Assembly: GCA_043799385.1 (NCBI GenBank)
Contig: JAZDNV010000030.1
Span: 1 to 57,323, forward strand
DNA from: Candidatus Aenigmatarchaeota archaeon
GTDB taxonomy: Archaea > Aenigmatarchaeota > Aenigmatarchaeia > GW2011-AR5
DNA length: 57,323 bases
Direction: 5' to 3'
Shown: piece by piece, positions 38,068-47,449 of the stretch
Layout: each line of letters starts with the position of its first letter
Position numbering within the stretch: position 1 is the stretch's first letter
The notes under the pieces: model-generated
What the model saw: the letters and a program-made list of their open reading frames with translations, nothing else
Told to the model about the DNA's origin: nothing
The model's database searches: none
Position numbers and translations under genes: made by a program

Positions 38068-39276
38068 TCATATTTCATGATTTATTCTACCGTGATGTTT
38101 CTTTTTGTGTTCTTCACGCGTTAATTCCTCTAAATTATTAATATCATTGTTATACTTTTTGCCATCTTTGTGATGAATTTCATATCCTTGCCGTGGATAT
38201 CTACCATGACGTTTTTTCCAAACATGCCAATGCACCGAATCATATATAGAATAATCTTTCAAACCACGACCTTTCTTATAAAAACATAGATATCCACCAA
38301 GATGAGGGTTTGGAATTACCAGTCTATTTTCTGCATTTTTATCAGGAAATGGTTTAAGTTCAGCCCATTTTTTAGCAGCTTCTTTCTTAATTTCATTTAT
38401 AGCTTCTTCGTCTTGCTTTAGTTCCTTTAATTTATTTTCTAATTTAACTTCCTCCCGCTTCTTATGTCTTTTTATTTCATCAATTTCAGCCTTAACTTTT
38501 TCTAATTCTTTTATCTTTTTTTCAAGTTCATTACTAATTAACTCTAATTCTTTTCTGATTTTTTTCTGTTGTAATATACCATATGTTATTCTAGAAAACC
38601 AAAATATGACAATACAAATAATAACCAGAGTTATTAGTATAATAATAAAATCCTGCGTATTTTTTTCTTTAGTTGCCTGTTCTTCTCGCATCTCTTTTTC
38701 TTTTATTGCCTCTGTCTTTTCTTTGGCTGTCTCTGAATTATAGCAATAACCTTCTATGCAGAAACCTCCACCGCATTCGGATGCTATGCTGCATGGGTCA
38801 CCATCATCTTTTCCTTTGCAGATTTCCGTGTAGTTGTAAATAGTGCCAAGTTTTACTATAACGTCAGCCGTATCAATATAAGTTATTTGGTAATTTTGCC
38901 CGAACTTATAACTGTTACAGGTGGTTCCAGTTCCTCTTGAAGGGGGCAAATCGTAACTAGACAATTTAGTTACATTTACGTTAAGTTTTTGGATATTGTT
39001 TTGATTATAATAACCGCAAACCCATCCTCCTTCACCCTGTATATTTACGTCAATAAACAGGGAGATATCAGCAGGATTCGGGTTGATAATTTTTAATGGT
39101 GCGTTCCATACGTCTTGAATTTCTACTATAACTTCTTGGAGCTGCTTGTCGTCAATCGTGTACGGCAACATCTTTGTTTCTTGACTTATGGTAACGTTTT
39201 CTTTGTATTGGCACGCAAATACAGGAAATGACAATAGTATTAAGAATAAGACTGCTGCTAGAATTCTTTCTTTCAT
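38068..39276 (-). CDS. Signal peptide/TM protein with coiled coil and C-terminal HNH endonuclease domain
   Basis: Signal peptide; CSIASECGGGFCIEGYC; TM; VHWHVW..GYEIHHKDGKKYNNDINNLEELT..EH. Confidence 0.8.
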   Translation of the reverse strand: MKERILAAVLFLILLSFPVFACQYKENVTISQETKMLPYTIDDKQLQEVIVEIQDVWNAPLKIINPNPADISLFIDVNIQGEGGWVCGYYNQNNIQKLNVNVTKLSSYDLPPSRGTGTTCNSYKFGQNYQITYIDTADVIVKLGTIYNYTEICKGKDDGDPCSIASECGGGFCIEGYCYNSETAKEKTEAIKEKEMREEQATKEKNTQDFIIILITLVIICIVIFWFSRITYGILQQKKIRKELELISNELEKKIKELEKVKAEIDEIKRHKKREEVKLENKLKELKQDEEAINEIKKEAAKKWAELKPFPDKNAENRLVIPNPHLGGYLCFYKKGRGLKDYSIYDSVHWHVWKKRHGRYPRQGYEIHHKDGKKYNNDINNLEELTREEHKKKHHGRINHEI

Positions 39277-39280
39277 AAAT

Positions 39281-39646
39281 TCACTTCTTCATCGCAACGT
39301 TTATCGCTTCCTTTATCATTCCTTTCGGGATATGGTTGTAGCGTTTCCCTTTGTAATTGAAAGTCCTGCAATTCACCGTATGCTTCGCCATCCTGCAGCA
39401 GTCCGAGCAGACGTTCGACTTTAACCGCGAATCCTTATTCACTATCTTCTCGATGTCTTTTCCGTTAATCCTAATTGACGGCGACAACGACGTCATTGAC
39501 TCAGGCAATTTCTTTTCTTTGAAATTGACTTTGATATTCTTAATCGCCTTTTTCAATTCCTTTAGCGTAGACGTAACCGATTCATTCGTAGAAGCGCATC
39601 TTTTACAGGTAGTTTTATCATAATACAGAAATTCTATTTTCAGCAT
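39281..39646 (-). CDS. DUF2703-like thioredoxin-fold protein
   Basis: TCKRC..T, SPSIRING.DIE, CSDC, CR. Confidence 0.75.
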   Translation of the reverse strand: MLKIEFLYYDKTTCKRCASTNESVTSTLKELKKAIKNIKVNFKEKKLPESMTSLSPSIRINGKDIEKIVNKDSRLKSNVCSDCCRMAKHTVNCRTFNYKGKRYNHIPKGMIKEAINVAMKK

Positions 39647-39657
39647 ATGCTATAATC

Positions 39658-40128
39658 TCATTTCCTTTTCTTCTTCAGCGCTTTCTCAACGTTCTCAGGC
39701 ACCAAATCCTTCAGGCATCCGCCGAAACGGGCGATTTCCCTGACTATCGATGAATTCAAGTAGAAGTAACGTTTGTCGGTCATTATGAAGACGCTTTCCA
39801 TGTCCGGGTAGAGCTTGTTATTGGCGATTGCCATCTGGAACTCGTGCTCGAAATCGCTCATCGCCCGTAAACCGCGGACAACGATATTCAGTTTCTTCTT
39901 TTTTAAGTAATCAGTGAGCAGCGAATCGAAGCTCTCCACTGTAACGTTTTTTATCTTCAGCTCTTCTATCAATTTTACTCTTTCTGTTGCGCTGAACAAT
40001 GTTTTTTTGTTAGGGTTAGCAACCACTGCCACGATTACAGAATCGAAGATTTTCAGCGCGCGCTTTATAACGTCGATATGCCCGTTCGTTATCGGGTCGA
40101 ACGTTCCCGGGTATACGGCAGTTTTCAT
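39658..40128 (-). CDS. coaD: Pantetheine-phosphate adenylyltransferase (bacterial type)
   Basis: AVYPGTFDPITNGHIDV, VRGLRAMSDFEHE, SSIVREIA. Confidence 0.95.
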   Translation of the reverse strand: MKTAVYPGTFDPITNGHIDVIKRALKIFDSVIVAVVANPNKKTLFSATERVKLIEELKIKNVTVESFDSLLTDYLKKKKLNIVVRGLRAMSDFEHEFQMAIANNKLYPDMESVFIMTDKRYFYLNSSIVREIARFGGCLKDLVPENVEKALKKKRK

Positions 40129-40133
40129 TTTTA

Positions 40134-40361
40134 TCACTCAGGATGTTTCGTCAATAATTTAGTTAAAATGGCCACTAATCCTGTCCACAGCGCAACCGAA
40201 GCTGGAACCGAACCTCCCAGAGGGACGTTGAGGTAGTTCATAATAAAATAAAAAATGAACGTAATTATTGTTGCTATAAGCATGCTTTTTATTAAAGCGC
40301 CCCTTTCTCTTACGTGCGGTGGTTTATGACCAGGCGGATGCGGTGGAGGTGGCAGAGGCAT
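40134..40361 (-). CDS. Small membrane protein with Pro/His-rich N-terminus
   Basis: MPLPPPPHPPGH plus two TMs; overlaps both neighbours' boundaries closely. Confidence 0.65.
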   Translation of the reverse strand: MPLPPPPHPPGHKPPHVRERGALIKSMLIATIITFIFYFIMNYLNVPLGGSVPASVALWTGLVAILTKLLTKHPE

Positions 40362-40366
40362 TTATA

Positions 40367-40918
40367 TCACATCATATCTTTCTTTATTTCTTCAAAAATC
40401 TTCTTTACCTGCTCTTCCGTGTTTTTCAGAGAGCTGTTGTTATCAATAACATAATCAGCTAATCTTAACTTCTTTTCGATTGGCATTTGCATTGCAATGC
40501 GCTTCGCCGCATCTGCAAACCTTGAACGTTTGATTATTTTTTCCTTGCTGCACTTAACAACGATTACTTTGTCTGCAAGGCCGTGCATTCCTGTTTCGAA
40601 CAGCAAAGGAACATCGAGAATGATGAGCTTTTTATTGCTCTTCTTAATCCTTTTCTTTACTTCTTCTGCAACCGCGGGATGAATGATGCGATTCAACTTT
40701 GCTAATTCACTGCTGTCGCTGAAAACAATTGCAGCCAGACGTTTTCTGTCGCTTGTGCCGAACGCCCTGGCGACTTCATGCTTCTTTTTCGTCAATACTT
40801 CTTTTGCGACTTTATCAGCGTCAATTACGCTGCAATCACAAAGCCTTTTAAATAATTTCGTCACCGTAGTTTTTCCAGAGCCGAAAGCGCCGGTTATGCC
40901 GACGATGCGCGGTTTCAT
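40367..40918 (-). CDS. coaE: Dephospho-CoA kinase
   Basis: GITGAFGSGKTT, IDAD, LN.IIHP, DVPLLFE, ADYVIDN. Confidence 0.92.
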   Translation of the reverse strand: MKPRIVGITGAFGSGKTTVTKLFKRLCDCSVIDADKVAKEVLTKKKHEVARAFGTSDRKRLAAIVFSDSSELAKLNRIIHPAVAEEVKKRIKKSNKKLIILDVPLLFETGMHGLADKVIVVKCSKEKIIKRSRFADAAKRIAMQMPIEKKLRLADYVIDNNSSLKNTEEQVKKIFEEIKKDMM

Positions 40919-40989
40919 GAGAATTATTTTCCGTTAACGGATAAAACATTAACGATAGGTTTAAATACTACTCTAAAGTAATACCATAT

Positions 40990-42150
40990 GTGAGCGAAAT
41001 GCACGAAAAACCCGACCCAAAACTGGAAAAGGCGAGGAAGAAGCATCTCGACATCGCTAACAAGTTCAAGGACGAGGTTCTGGGCAAGTACAAGGATTTT
41101 GTTAAAGCCGTGGTTATATTCGGCTCTATCGTCCGCGGCGATTTTCACGACAAGAGCGACATCGACCTGCTCGTGGTCATAGACGACACGATTGCACGAT
41201 TCACTCCGGAGATGAAGGAGCGGTTTGACGAGGATATTTATAACATCGGAAAAAAGCTGTCAGACGTGATAATCGTCCAGCCCGCATGGACGCTGACAGA
41301 ATTCTGGGAGATGGCAAGAATCGGCCACCCGCTATTATATACGATTGTCCGCGACGGATGGGCGCTCTACGACACTGGTTTCTTCATACCGATAAGAAAA
41401 CTTTTGGAGCTCGGTCGAATTCCAACGACTCTCGAAGCCGTGGAGAAATTCATGGAAGCAGCTCCGCAGAAGATAAACCGCGTCGAGACAGCGAAACTAT
41501 ACATGGTCGCAGAAGACCTCTATTATGCTATTCTGAACTCTGCTCAAGCTGTTTTGATGTACATTGGCCAGAACCCGCCTTCGCCAAAGCAGACGGCAAT
41601 GGAAGTTAAAGAGCATCTTGTCAATCAAAATATGCTTGAAGATGTTTATCTCAACGACTTGGAGGCGATAATAGAATTCAGGAAGAAGGTCGAGCATAAG
41701 GAGATAAAGGACATTACTGGCCCTGAGCTCGACGAGTACATAAGAAAGGCAAAGCAGTTCGTTTCTCGCATGGAACAGCTACTATTGCAGCTGCAGAAGA
41801 AGAAGAAAGAGACGATAGTCGAAAAGAATTACGAAGTCATGATTAAAGCAGCGGTTGCGACATTAAAAAAACTGGACAAATTGCCGGAAGACCCTAAGGA
41901 CTTGCCAAGAGCGATAAAGGAATACCTCATAGAGAAGGGCAGAATCGATCCATACTACGACGAGGTGTTCAAAAAAGTGGTGACTATGCGTAAAATGCTC
42001 GACGAGGACAAGGTAGGAGGAATGCCGCAGAAAGATATTGAGCTGACACGGGAATACGTCCGACGTTTTGTCCGTGACCTGGCGCCGATACTTGAGGCAA
42101 AGGAAAAGCCAAAAACAGCAAAGAAGGCGAAAAAGACCAGAAAGAAATAA
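40990..42150 (+). CDS. Minimal nucleotidyltransferase-HEPN fusion protein
   Basis: FGSIVRG..SDIDLLVVIDD; DLYYA, FRKKVEH (Rx4H). Confidence 0.8.
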   Translation: MSEMHEKPDPKLEKARKKHLDIANKFKDEVLGKYKDFVKAVVIFGSIVRGDFHDKSDIDLLVVIDDTIARFTPEMKERFDEDIYNIGKKLSDVIIVQPAWTLTEFWEMARIGHPLLYTIVRDGWALYDTGFFIPIRKLLELGRIPTTLEAVEKFMEAAPQKINRVETAKLYMVAEDLYYAILNSAQAVLMYIGQNPPSPKQTAMEVKEHLVNQNMLEDVYLNDLEAIIEFRKKVEHKEIKDITGPELDEYIRKAKQFVSRMEQLLLQLQKKKKETIVEKNYEVMIKAAVATLKKLDKLPEDPKDLPRAIKEYLIEKGRIDPYYDEVFKKVVTMRKMLDEDKVGGMPQKDIELTREYVRRFVRDLAPILEAKEKPKTAKKAKKTRKK

Positions 42151-42179
42151 TTTTAAATAAACTATAGAAAAGGGTTATT

Positions 42180-42389
42180 ATGCCATTCGACTTTCACGTT
42201 CATGGTTTGTGGATTTTAGGTTCGATTTTCTTATTCATAGGTTGCCTTATAGCAAGCAATATCGAGTGGGTCGTTGGAACAACGGATTTCAGCTTCTGGT
42301 TCTCAGTGATTCTGGCTTTTGTCATGTTGCTTGTCGCAGGAATGCTATGGATATCAGCATCAGTCAATGCTCGCCACGAATTGCGATAG
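42180..42389 (+). CDS. Small two-TM membrane protein
   Basis: ATG ORF, two hydrophobic helices. Confidence 0.65.
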   Translation: MPFDFHVHGLWILGSIFLFIGCLIASNIEWVVGTTDFSFWFSVILAFVMLLVAGMLWISASVNARHELR

Positions 42390-42465
42390 TTCTTTAGTCA
42401 TTTCTTTGGCCCAGGATGTGTAATTTATTTGTAATTGACCGCCATTAAAGAATATAGAAACAAAA

Positions 42466-43032
42466 TCACTCGTTTGCTGCTTTTTTCTTCTCCTTTAGGA
42501 CCTCGGTCTTCCTTATCTCGACGTTGCCCACAGGATAAATCTTGCTGCAATCCTTCTTTATCATCATCTGCAATTCTCCGGAAATTATCATCTTGACGAA
42601 CTCGTCTAATGTCTTCTCTTTCACGACTTTCTCTACTATCTCTTTTGCCTTTTTTCTTGACTTGTCCTTAAGCGACGTTCCTACACGACTCGCCAGGACG
42701 AAAATCGTCTTTATCCTGACCTTCACGCCGTCCTTTGTATTCACGTCCTGTATGCAGTCAACGCGGCGTACATGCCTTTGCACCATCCTGTAAACGCGTT
42801 CGCGCATGCATTCGTGACCGACGAACTTCGTGAATATCTTGCTGCCTTCTATCTTCTCAGCCTGAAACTTTATCTTGAAGTAGAATTTAGAGTAATCACC
42901 AAGAAGATCGATAACATTAACCTCAATCGTTCTGCCTATTAACTGCTTGGGGTCGTTTGCGAGCGTTTCGCCTACAACCTTTTCCTCAAAGGCTTTAGGC
43001 GCCACTATCTCATACCATTGCTTCTTCAACAT
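42466..43032 (-). CDS. rps3ae: 30S ribosomal protein S3Ae (eS1)
   Basis: KQWYEIVAP, IGRTIE, KIYPV..VEIRKTE. Confidence 0.94.
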   Translation of the reverse strand: MLKKQWYEIVAPKAFEEKVVGETLANDPKQLIGRTIEVNVIDLLGDYSKFYFKIKFQAEKIEGSKIFTKFVGHECMRERVYRMVQRHVRRVDCIQDVNTKDGVKVRIKTIFVLASRVGTSLKDKSRKKAKEIVEKVVKEKTLDEFVKMIISGELQMMIKKDCSKIYPVGNVEIRKTEVLKEKKKAANE

Positions 43033-43111
43033 TCAATCACTCTTTTGTTCCTTTACTTAATGAGTGTTAACTTTTAAAAAGATTTAATATTCTTCTAACG
43101 CTATCTTTATT

Positions 43112-44746
43112 ATGCGCTATTCAAGGCTTGCTGATTACTACGAACGGCTCGAGGCTACGACGAAAAAACTGGAAAAGCGCGATATACTAAGCGAATTATA
43201 CGGCTCATCAGGAGACGACCTCTCCAGAGTCGTGCTTCTGTCAATGGGCATCGTCTTTCCGGCCGGCGACCTTGAGCTAGGCGTCGCAAAGGAGATGATA
43301 AAACGAACCATTACAAAGACGTACGGAATAAGCGAAAAAGAACTGGACAAGAAATTCAAGGAAACGGGCGACCTCGGACTTACGGCTGAATTTTTTTCCA
43401 AAAACAAGCGGCAGAGCGTCCTGTCGAGGAAGGATTTGGATGTAGAAAAGGTCTTTGATAATCTCAGAAAATTGCCAGAAATAAGTGGAGCCGGCAGCCA
43501 GGAGAAAAAAGTTTCGTTGATAGCTGAATTACTTTCATTCGCATCAGGCAAGGAAGCAAAATATATCGTCCGCACGGTTCTCGGCGAGATGCGTGTCGGT
43601 GTTGCAGCAGGAATCGTCCGCGACGCGATAGCAAAAGCCTTTGGTAAAGAGCCGAAAGAGATAGAGCACGTATACAACATCATAGCTGATTACGGCAAAG
43701 TCGCAGAATTAGCGAAGAAAGACCGTCTCGACGTTGAGATAGTTATTGGCTCTCCGCTTCGCGTCATGCTTGCTGAAAGAGCGCCTGACCTCAAAAGTGC
43801 TTTAGAAGCATATTTCGCGCCGACAACCGAATATAAATACGATGGGTTCAGGGTTCAAATTCATAAACAGGACGGAAAGATAAAACTATTCTCACGACGT
43901 TTGGAAGACGTGACCAATCAATTTCCTGATATTGTCTCGTTAAGCAAAGAATCAATAAAGGCCAAGAATTGCATTATCGAGGGAGAAGTCTTGGCGATTG
44001 ACAGGAATGGAAAGCCCAAACCGTTCCAGGATCTATCCCGTCGAATCCAGAGAAAATACGACATAGAAAAAATGGTTAAGGAAATCCCCATTCAGGTGAA
44101 CCTCTTCGATTTGATTTATTATGATAATGAATCATGGATGGAAAAACCGCTGAGGGAACGGTGGAAAAAACTGTGCGAAATCGTTGATGAGAAAAAAGAC
44201 TTTAAGCTCGCTGAGAACCTAGAAACAAAGGACATCAAAAAAGCAGAGGAATTCTACAAGCGTTCATTGGCATTGGGTCAGGAAGGCGTGATAGTGAAAA
44301 ATCTCGATGCTGCGTACAAGCCCGGCAAGCGCGTTGGTTATTGGCTGAAGGTAAAACCGATAATGGAGCCACTCGACCTTGTAATCGTCGGCGCAGAGTG
44401 GGGTGAGGGCAAGCGCGCGAAATGGCTAGGCACGCTCGTCCTTGCAGCGAAGAGCGGTAATGAATTCTTGCCAACAGGCATGATGGGTTCTGGATTGACA
44501 GATGAGCAGTTGGAAGAAGTAACGAAACGTCTGAAGCACTTAATAATTGAAGAGAAAGGGAAGGGGGTAAAGATAAAGCCAAATCTCGTTATTGAGGTCG
44601 GCTACGAAGAAATCCAGAAATCAACAAAATACCCAACGGGATATGCGTTGCGCTTTCCACGCCTTCTTCGTATACGCGAAGACAGGAGCAAGGACGACAT
44701 AAACACGACCAAGGATATAGAAAAATTGTTCAAGCTGCAGAAATAA
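43112..44746 (+). CDS. lig: ATP-dependent DNA ligase
   Basis: EYKYDG, IEGE, FD, EGVIVK, WLKVK, LRFPR. Confidence 0.97.
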   Translation: MRYSRLADYYERLEATTKKLEKRDILSELYGSSGDDLSRVVLLSMGIVFPAGDLELGVAKEMIKRTITKTYGISEKELDKKFKETGDLGLTAEFFSKNKRQSVLSRKDLDVEKVFDNLRKLPEISGAGSQEKKVSLIAELLSFASGKEAKYIVRTVLGEMRVGVAAGIVRDAIAKAFGKEPKEIEHVYNIIADYGKVAELAKKDRLDVEIVIGSPLRVMLAERAPDLKSALEAYFAPTTEYKYDGFRVQIHKQDGKIKLFSRRLEDVTNQFPDIVSLSKESIKAKNCIIEGEVLAIDRNGKPKPFQDLSRRIQRKYDIEKMVKEIPIQVNLFDLIYYDNESWMEKPLRERWKKLCEIVDEKKDFKLAENLETKDIKKAEEFYKRSLALGQEGVIVKNLDAAYKPGKRVGYWLKVKPIMEPLDLVIVGAEWGEGKRAKWLGTLVLAAKSGNEFLPTGMMGSGLTDEQLEEVTKRLKHLIIEEKGKGVKIKPNLVIEVGYEEIQKSTKYPTGYALRFPRLLRIREDRSKDDINTTKDIEKLFKLQK

Positions 44747-44757
44747 AAATTACTTTA

Positions 44758-46059
44758 TTATTTCTTGTATCTCAGCAACCGCTCCATTAACTCCCTCCTG
44801 TCTTTTGTTTCTATCGGGTTTTCTTTTAAAGAATAGCTTTTCTTGTCGACGAGTATCATCTTGTTCGGCTCCAGGTCTTCTGTCAGGCATACGTTCGGAC
44901 CGATAATGCTGTTCGGGCCTATCTTAACGCCTGGCATTGTGCTGGAATTGATGCCAGTCCTGCAACCGTCGGCAACGATCGCTCCGAATTTGTTTAACCC
45001 TGAATCAATTTCTTTTCCTTCTATTCTGACATTTATCGTTTTTTCATCGAAACGCAGATTAGCAGTAACCGTACCTGCTCCGAACGAGCAGTTGTCGGAT
45101 ATTATCGAATCGCCGATATAATTTTGGTGGAACCAGCACCTCTCGCCGATTATCGAATTTTTTATTTCAGTTGAGAAACCAATGACAGAGTTATCGCCTA
45201 TTGACGAGTCAAGAATCAACGCATTGTTGCCGATGACAACGTTCTTTCCTATGTACGAATTCCTTATGCACGCGTTCTCCATTATACGCACTCCGGAATC
45301 AATGATGCAATTACCGTCTACGACCGCACTGCTAGGGATTTTGCTGTTTATCGCTGATTTTCCTTTCATCAAGAATTTATCTATCGTGAACAGGTCCCAC
45401 GGATATTTGTAAGCAGAGAAGAATCCGTCATAGCTAACTGCGCGCACGATTCCGCCGTCATCAATGAAAGCCTGTACTGCGTCCTCGTACTGTTTGTCAG
45501 AAACGGGTATTTTCTTGTAGTAATCAAAAATCTTTTTTGTCAGTATGTAAACACCGATAACCGCAAGATTGCTCGGCTCTTCGCCTTTTGCGGGCTTCTC
45601 GACAAACTTCGTCACCCTGTAATCTTCAGTTTTTATTATCCCGAACTTCCACGTTTCCTCTACTGGCTTGCATGAAAGTGTTATCTCTCCTTGTCGATGT
45701 TCTTTCATCATCTCTTTTATCAGCATTGACTCGAAGACATCATCGGCATTCACGACAAAGAAATCATCGTTTATCATGTCTTCTGCTGATTGCAAGGCGT
45801 TGGCCATACCTAATGCCTCTTTCTGATATGCGTATCTGATACGCACAGAAAATTTTTTGCCGTCGCCAAAATAGTCCTTTATCTGCTCTGCGTTGTGGCC
45901 GACCACGATTATGAAATCAGTCAGTGACGATTCTTTCAGCGTCTCAATAACATGCTCTAACAACGGTTTGCCAACTATCTTGAACATCGGCTTCGGTTTA
46001 TTAACCGCAAGCGGGAATACGCGCTTGCCTGTGCCAGCGGCCAATACGACTGTCTGCAT
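44758..46059 (-). CDS. glmU: Bifunctional sugar-1-phosphate nucleotidyltransferase/acetyltransferase (archaeal GlmU-like)
   Basis: LAAGTGKR..PKPM, hexapeptide repeats, YIGDS, GTVTANLRFD. Confidence 0.88.
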   Translation of the reverse strand: MQTVVLAAGTGKRVFPLAVNKPKPMFKIVGKPLLEHVIETLKESSLTDFIIVVGHNAEQIKDYFGDGKKFSVRIRYAYQKEALGMANALQSAEDMINDDFFVVNADDVFESMLIKEMMKEHRQGEITLSCKPVEETWKFGIIKTEDYRVTKFVEKPAKGEEPSNLAVIGVYILTKKIFDYYKKIPVSDKQYEDAVQAFIDDGGIVRAVSYDGFFSAYKYPWDLFTIDKFLMKGKSAINSKIPSSAVVDGNCIIDSGVRIMENACIRNSYIGKNVVIGNNALILDSSIGDNSVIGFSTEIKNSIIGERCWFHQNYIGDSIISDNCSFGAGTVTANLRFDEKTINVRIEGKEIDSGLNKFGAIVADGCRTGINSSTMPGVKIGPNSIIGPNVCLTEDLEPNKMILVDKKSYSLKENPIETKDRRELMERLLRYKK

Positions 46060-47418
46060 CTAATCACCCATCGCCGACGTTATCTCCTTCTTTACAAAGT
46101 CCTGCAATTCGCTGAATCGCTCTTTTGTCTTTGCCTCTATGAAGCCTGTTATAACCGGCCTTGTGTTCGATGCACGCCATACGACCCAGCCGTCGTCGAA
46201 GAATATCTTTACGCCATCCATCTCAGAAGTCTTATACTTGCCTTTCATCTTTTCCTTTAATCTGTCTATGACTGCAAATTTCTTTTCATCCGAGCACGGA
46301 AATTCCCAGTCAGACTTGTAGAAATATTTCGGCACCGAATCTACCATGCGAGAAAATTTCTCTGCTGTTTTCGATAATATCTCAGCCATCCTCAGGCTTC
46401 CGAACACTGCATCATCATAACCGGGTATCTCCGGGAAATAAAGATGATTACTATATTCGCCGGCGAATATCGCATTCTCCGTCTGCATGCGGTGGATTAT
46501 GAACGAATGGCCGACCCGCTCCACTAACGGAACTCCGCCATGCTTTCGTATGTATTCCTCAACTGCCATGGAGCAGCAGCAGTCAAAGACTATTTTTCCA
46601 TTTTTATGCTTCTGCAAGATGTCTTTGGCAAGAATCATTATGATTATGCTGCCAGAACTTATCTCGCGGCCGAAATCATCAACGAATACAACGCGGTCAC
46701 CGTCTCCGTCATAGGCGACGCCCAAATCCGCCTTTTCCTTTTTTACAAGATCTTTTAGCTCGCTCAGGACATTCTCTTTTGTCGGGTCAGGACCGCGACC
46801 TGGAAAATTTTCGTCAGTTTCTTCGTTTATTACAACCACGTCATGCCCGAGTTTTCTGAATAACGAAGGAGCGACAGATGAGGTCGTCCCGTTGCCAATG
46901 TCCACAACTATCTTCAATTTTTTTCCCTTGCTTATTTTTTTTATTACAAAATCGCTGTAGTCCTCTATGATTGTTTCATATCTCCTGTTTTTTGATGGGG
47001 TTTCTGATTTTTTGAATTTGCCATCTTTAATCATTTTCAGTGTATTTTGCAAGAAGTCTCCGTGATATATCAATCCGTTGCCATCGCATAATTTGAATCC
47101 GTTCCACTCCTTTGGATTGTGCGAAGCAGTTATCATTGCTCCGGCGTCTGCATTCAGCGTTGGCACGGAAAAATAGAGTATTGGCGTTGTGACGATTCCT
47201 ATCTCAATAACATTACAACCCGTAGAATTCAGTCCTTTTGTGAACGACTTTCCTAATGTTTCACCACTTGACCGCACATCACGGCCAATAACAACTGTTT
47301 TTCCTTCGCCAAGAAATGTGCCAAATGCCTTGCCAAGCTTCTCGGCCAGGTCATCCGTCAAATCCTTTTCGTATATCCCTCTTATGTCATACGCCCGAAA
47401 AATATTTTCTGCTATCAT
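46060..47418 (-). CDS. Phosphomannomutase/phosphoglucomutase (possible GlmM role)
   Basis: FRAYDIRG, TASHNP, DGDGDR, RASNT. Confidence 0.93.
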   Translation of the reverse strand: MIAENIFRAYDIRGIYEKDLTDDLAEKLGKAFGTFLGEGKTVVIGRDVRSSGETLGKSFTKGLNSTGCNVIEIGIVTTPILYFSVPTLNADAGAMITASHNPKEWNGFKLCDGNGLIYHGDFLQNTLKMIKDGKFKKSETPSKNRRYETIIEDYSDFVIKKISKGKKLKIVVDIGNGTTSSVAPSLFRKLGHDVVVINEETDENFPGRGPDPTKENVLSELKDLVKKEKADLGVAYDGDGDRVVFVDDFGREISSGSIIIMILAKDILQKHKNGKIVFDCCCSMAVEEYIRKHGGVPLVERVGHSFIIHRMQTENAIFAGEYSNHLYFPEIPGYDDAVFGSLRMAEILSKTAEKFSRMVDSVPKYFYKSDWEFPCSDEKKFAVIDRLKEKMKGKYKTSEMDGVKIFFDDGWVVWRASNTRPVITGFIEAKTKERFSELQDFVKKEITSAMGD

Positions 47419-47449
47419 CTCATCGCCATTTAATTAATTTTGTTTAGAG

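Noticed and set aside
42390..42465. Imperfect stem between convergent genes
   Set aside because: Weak; at most a terminator
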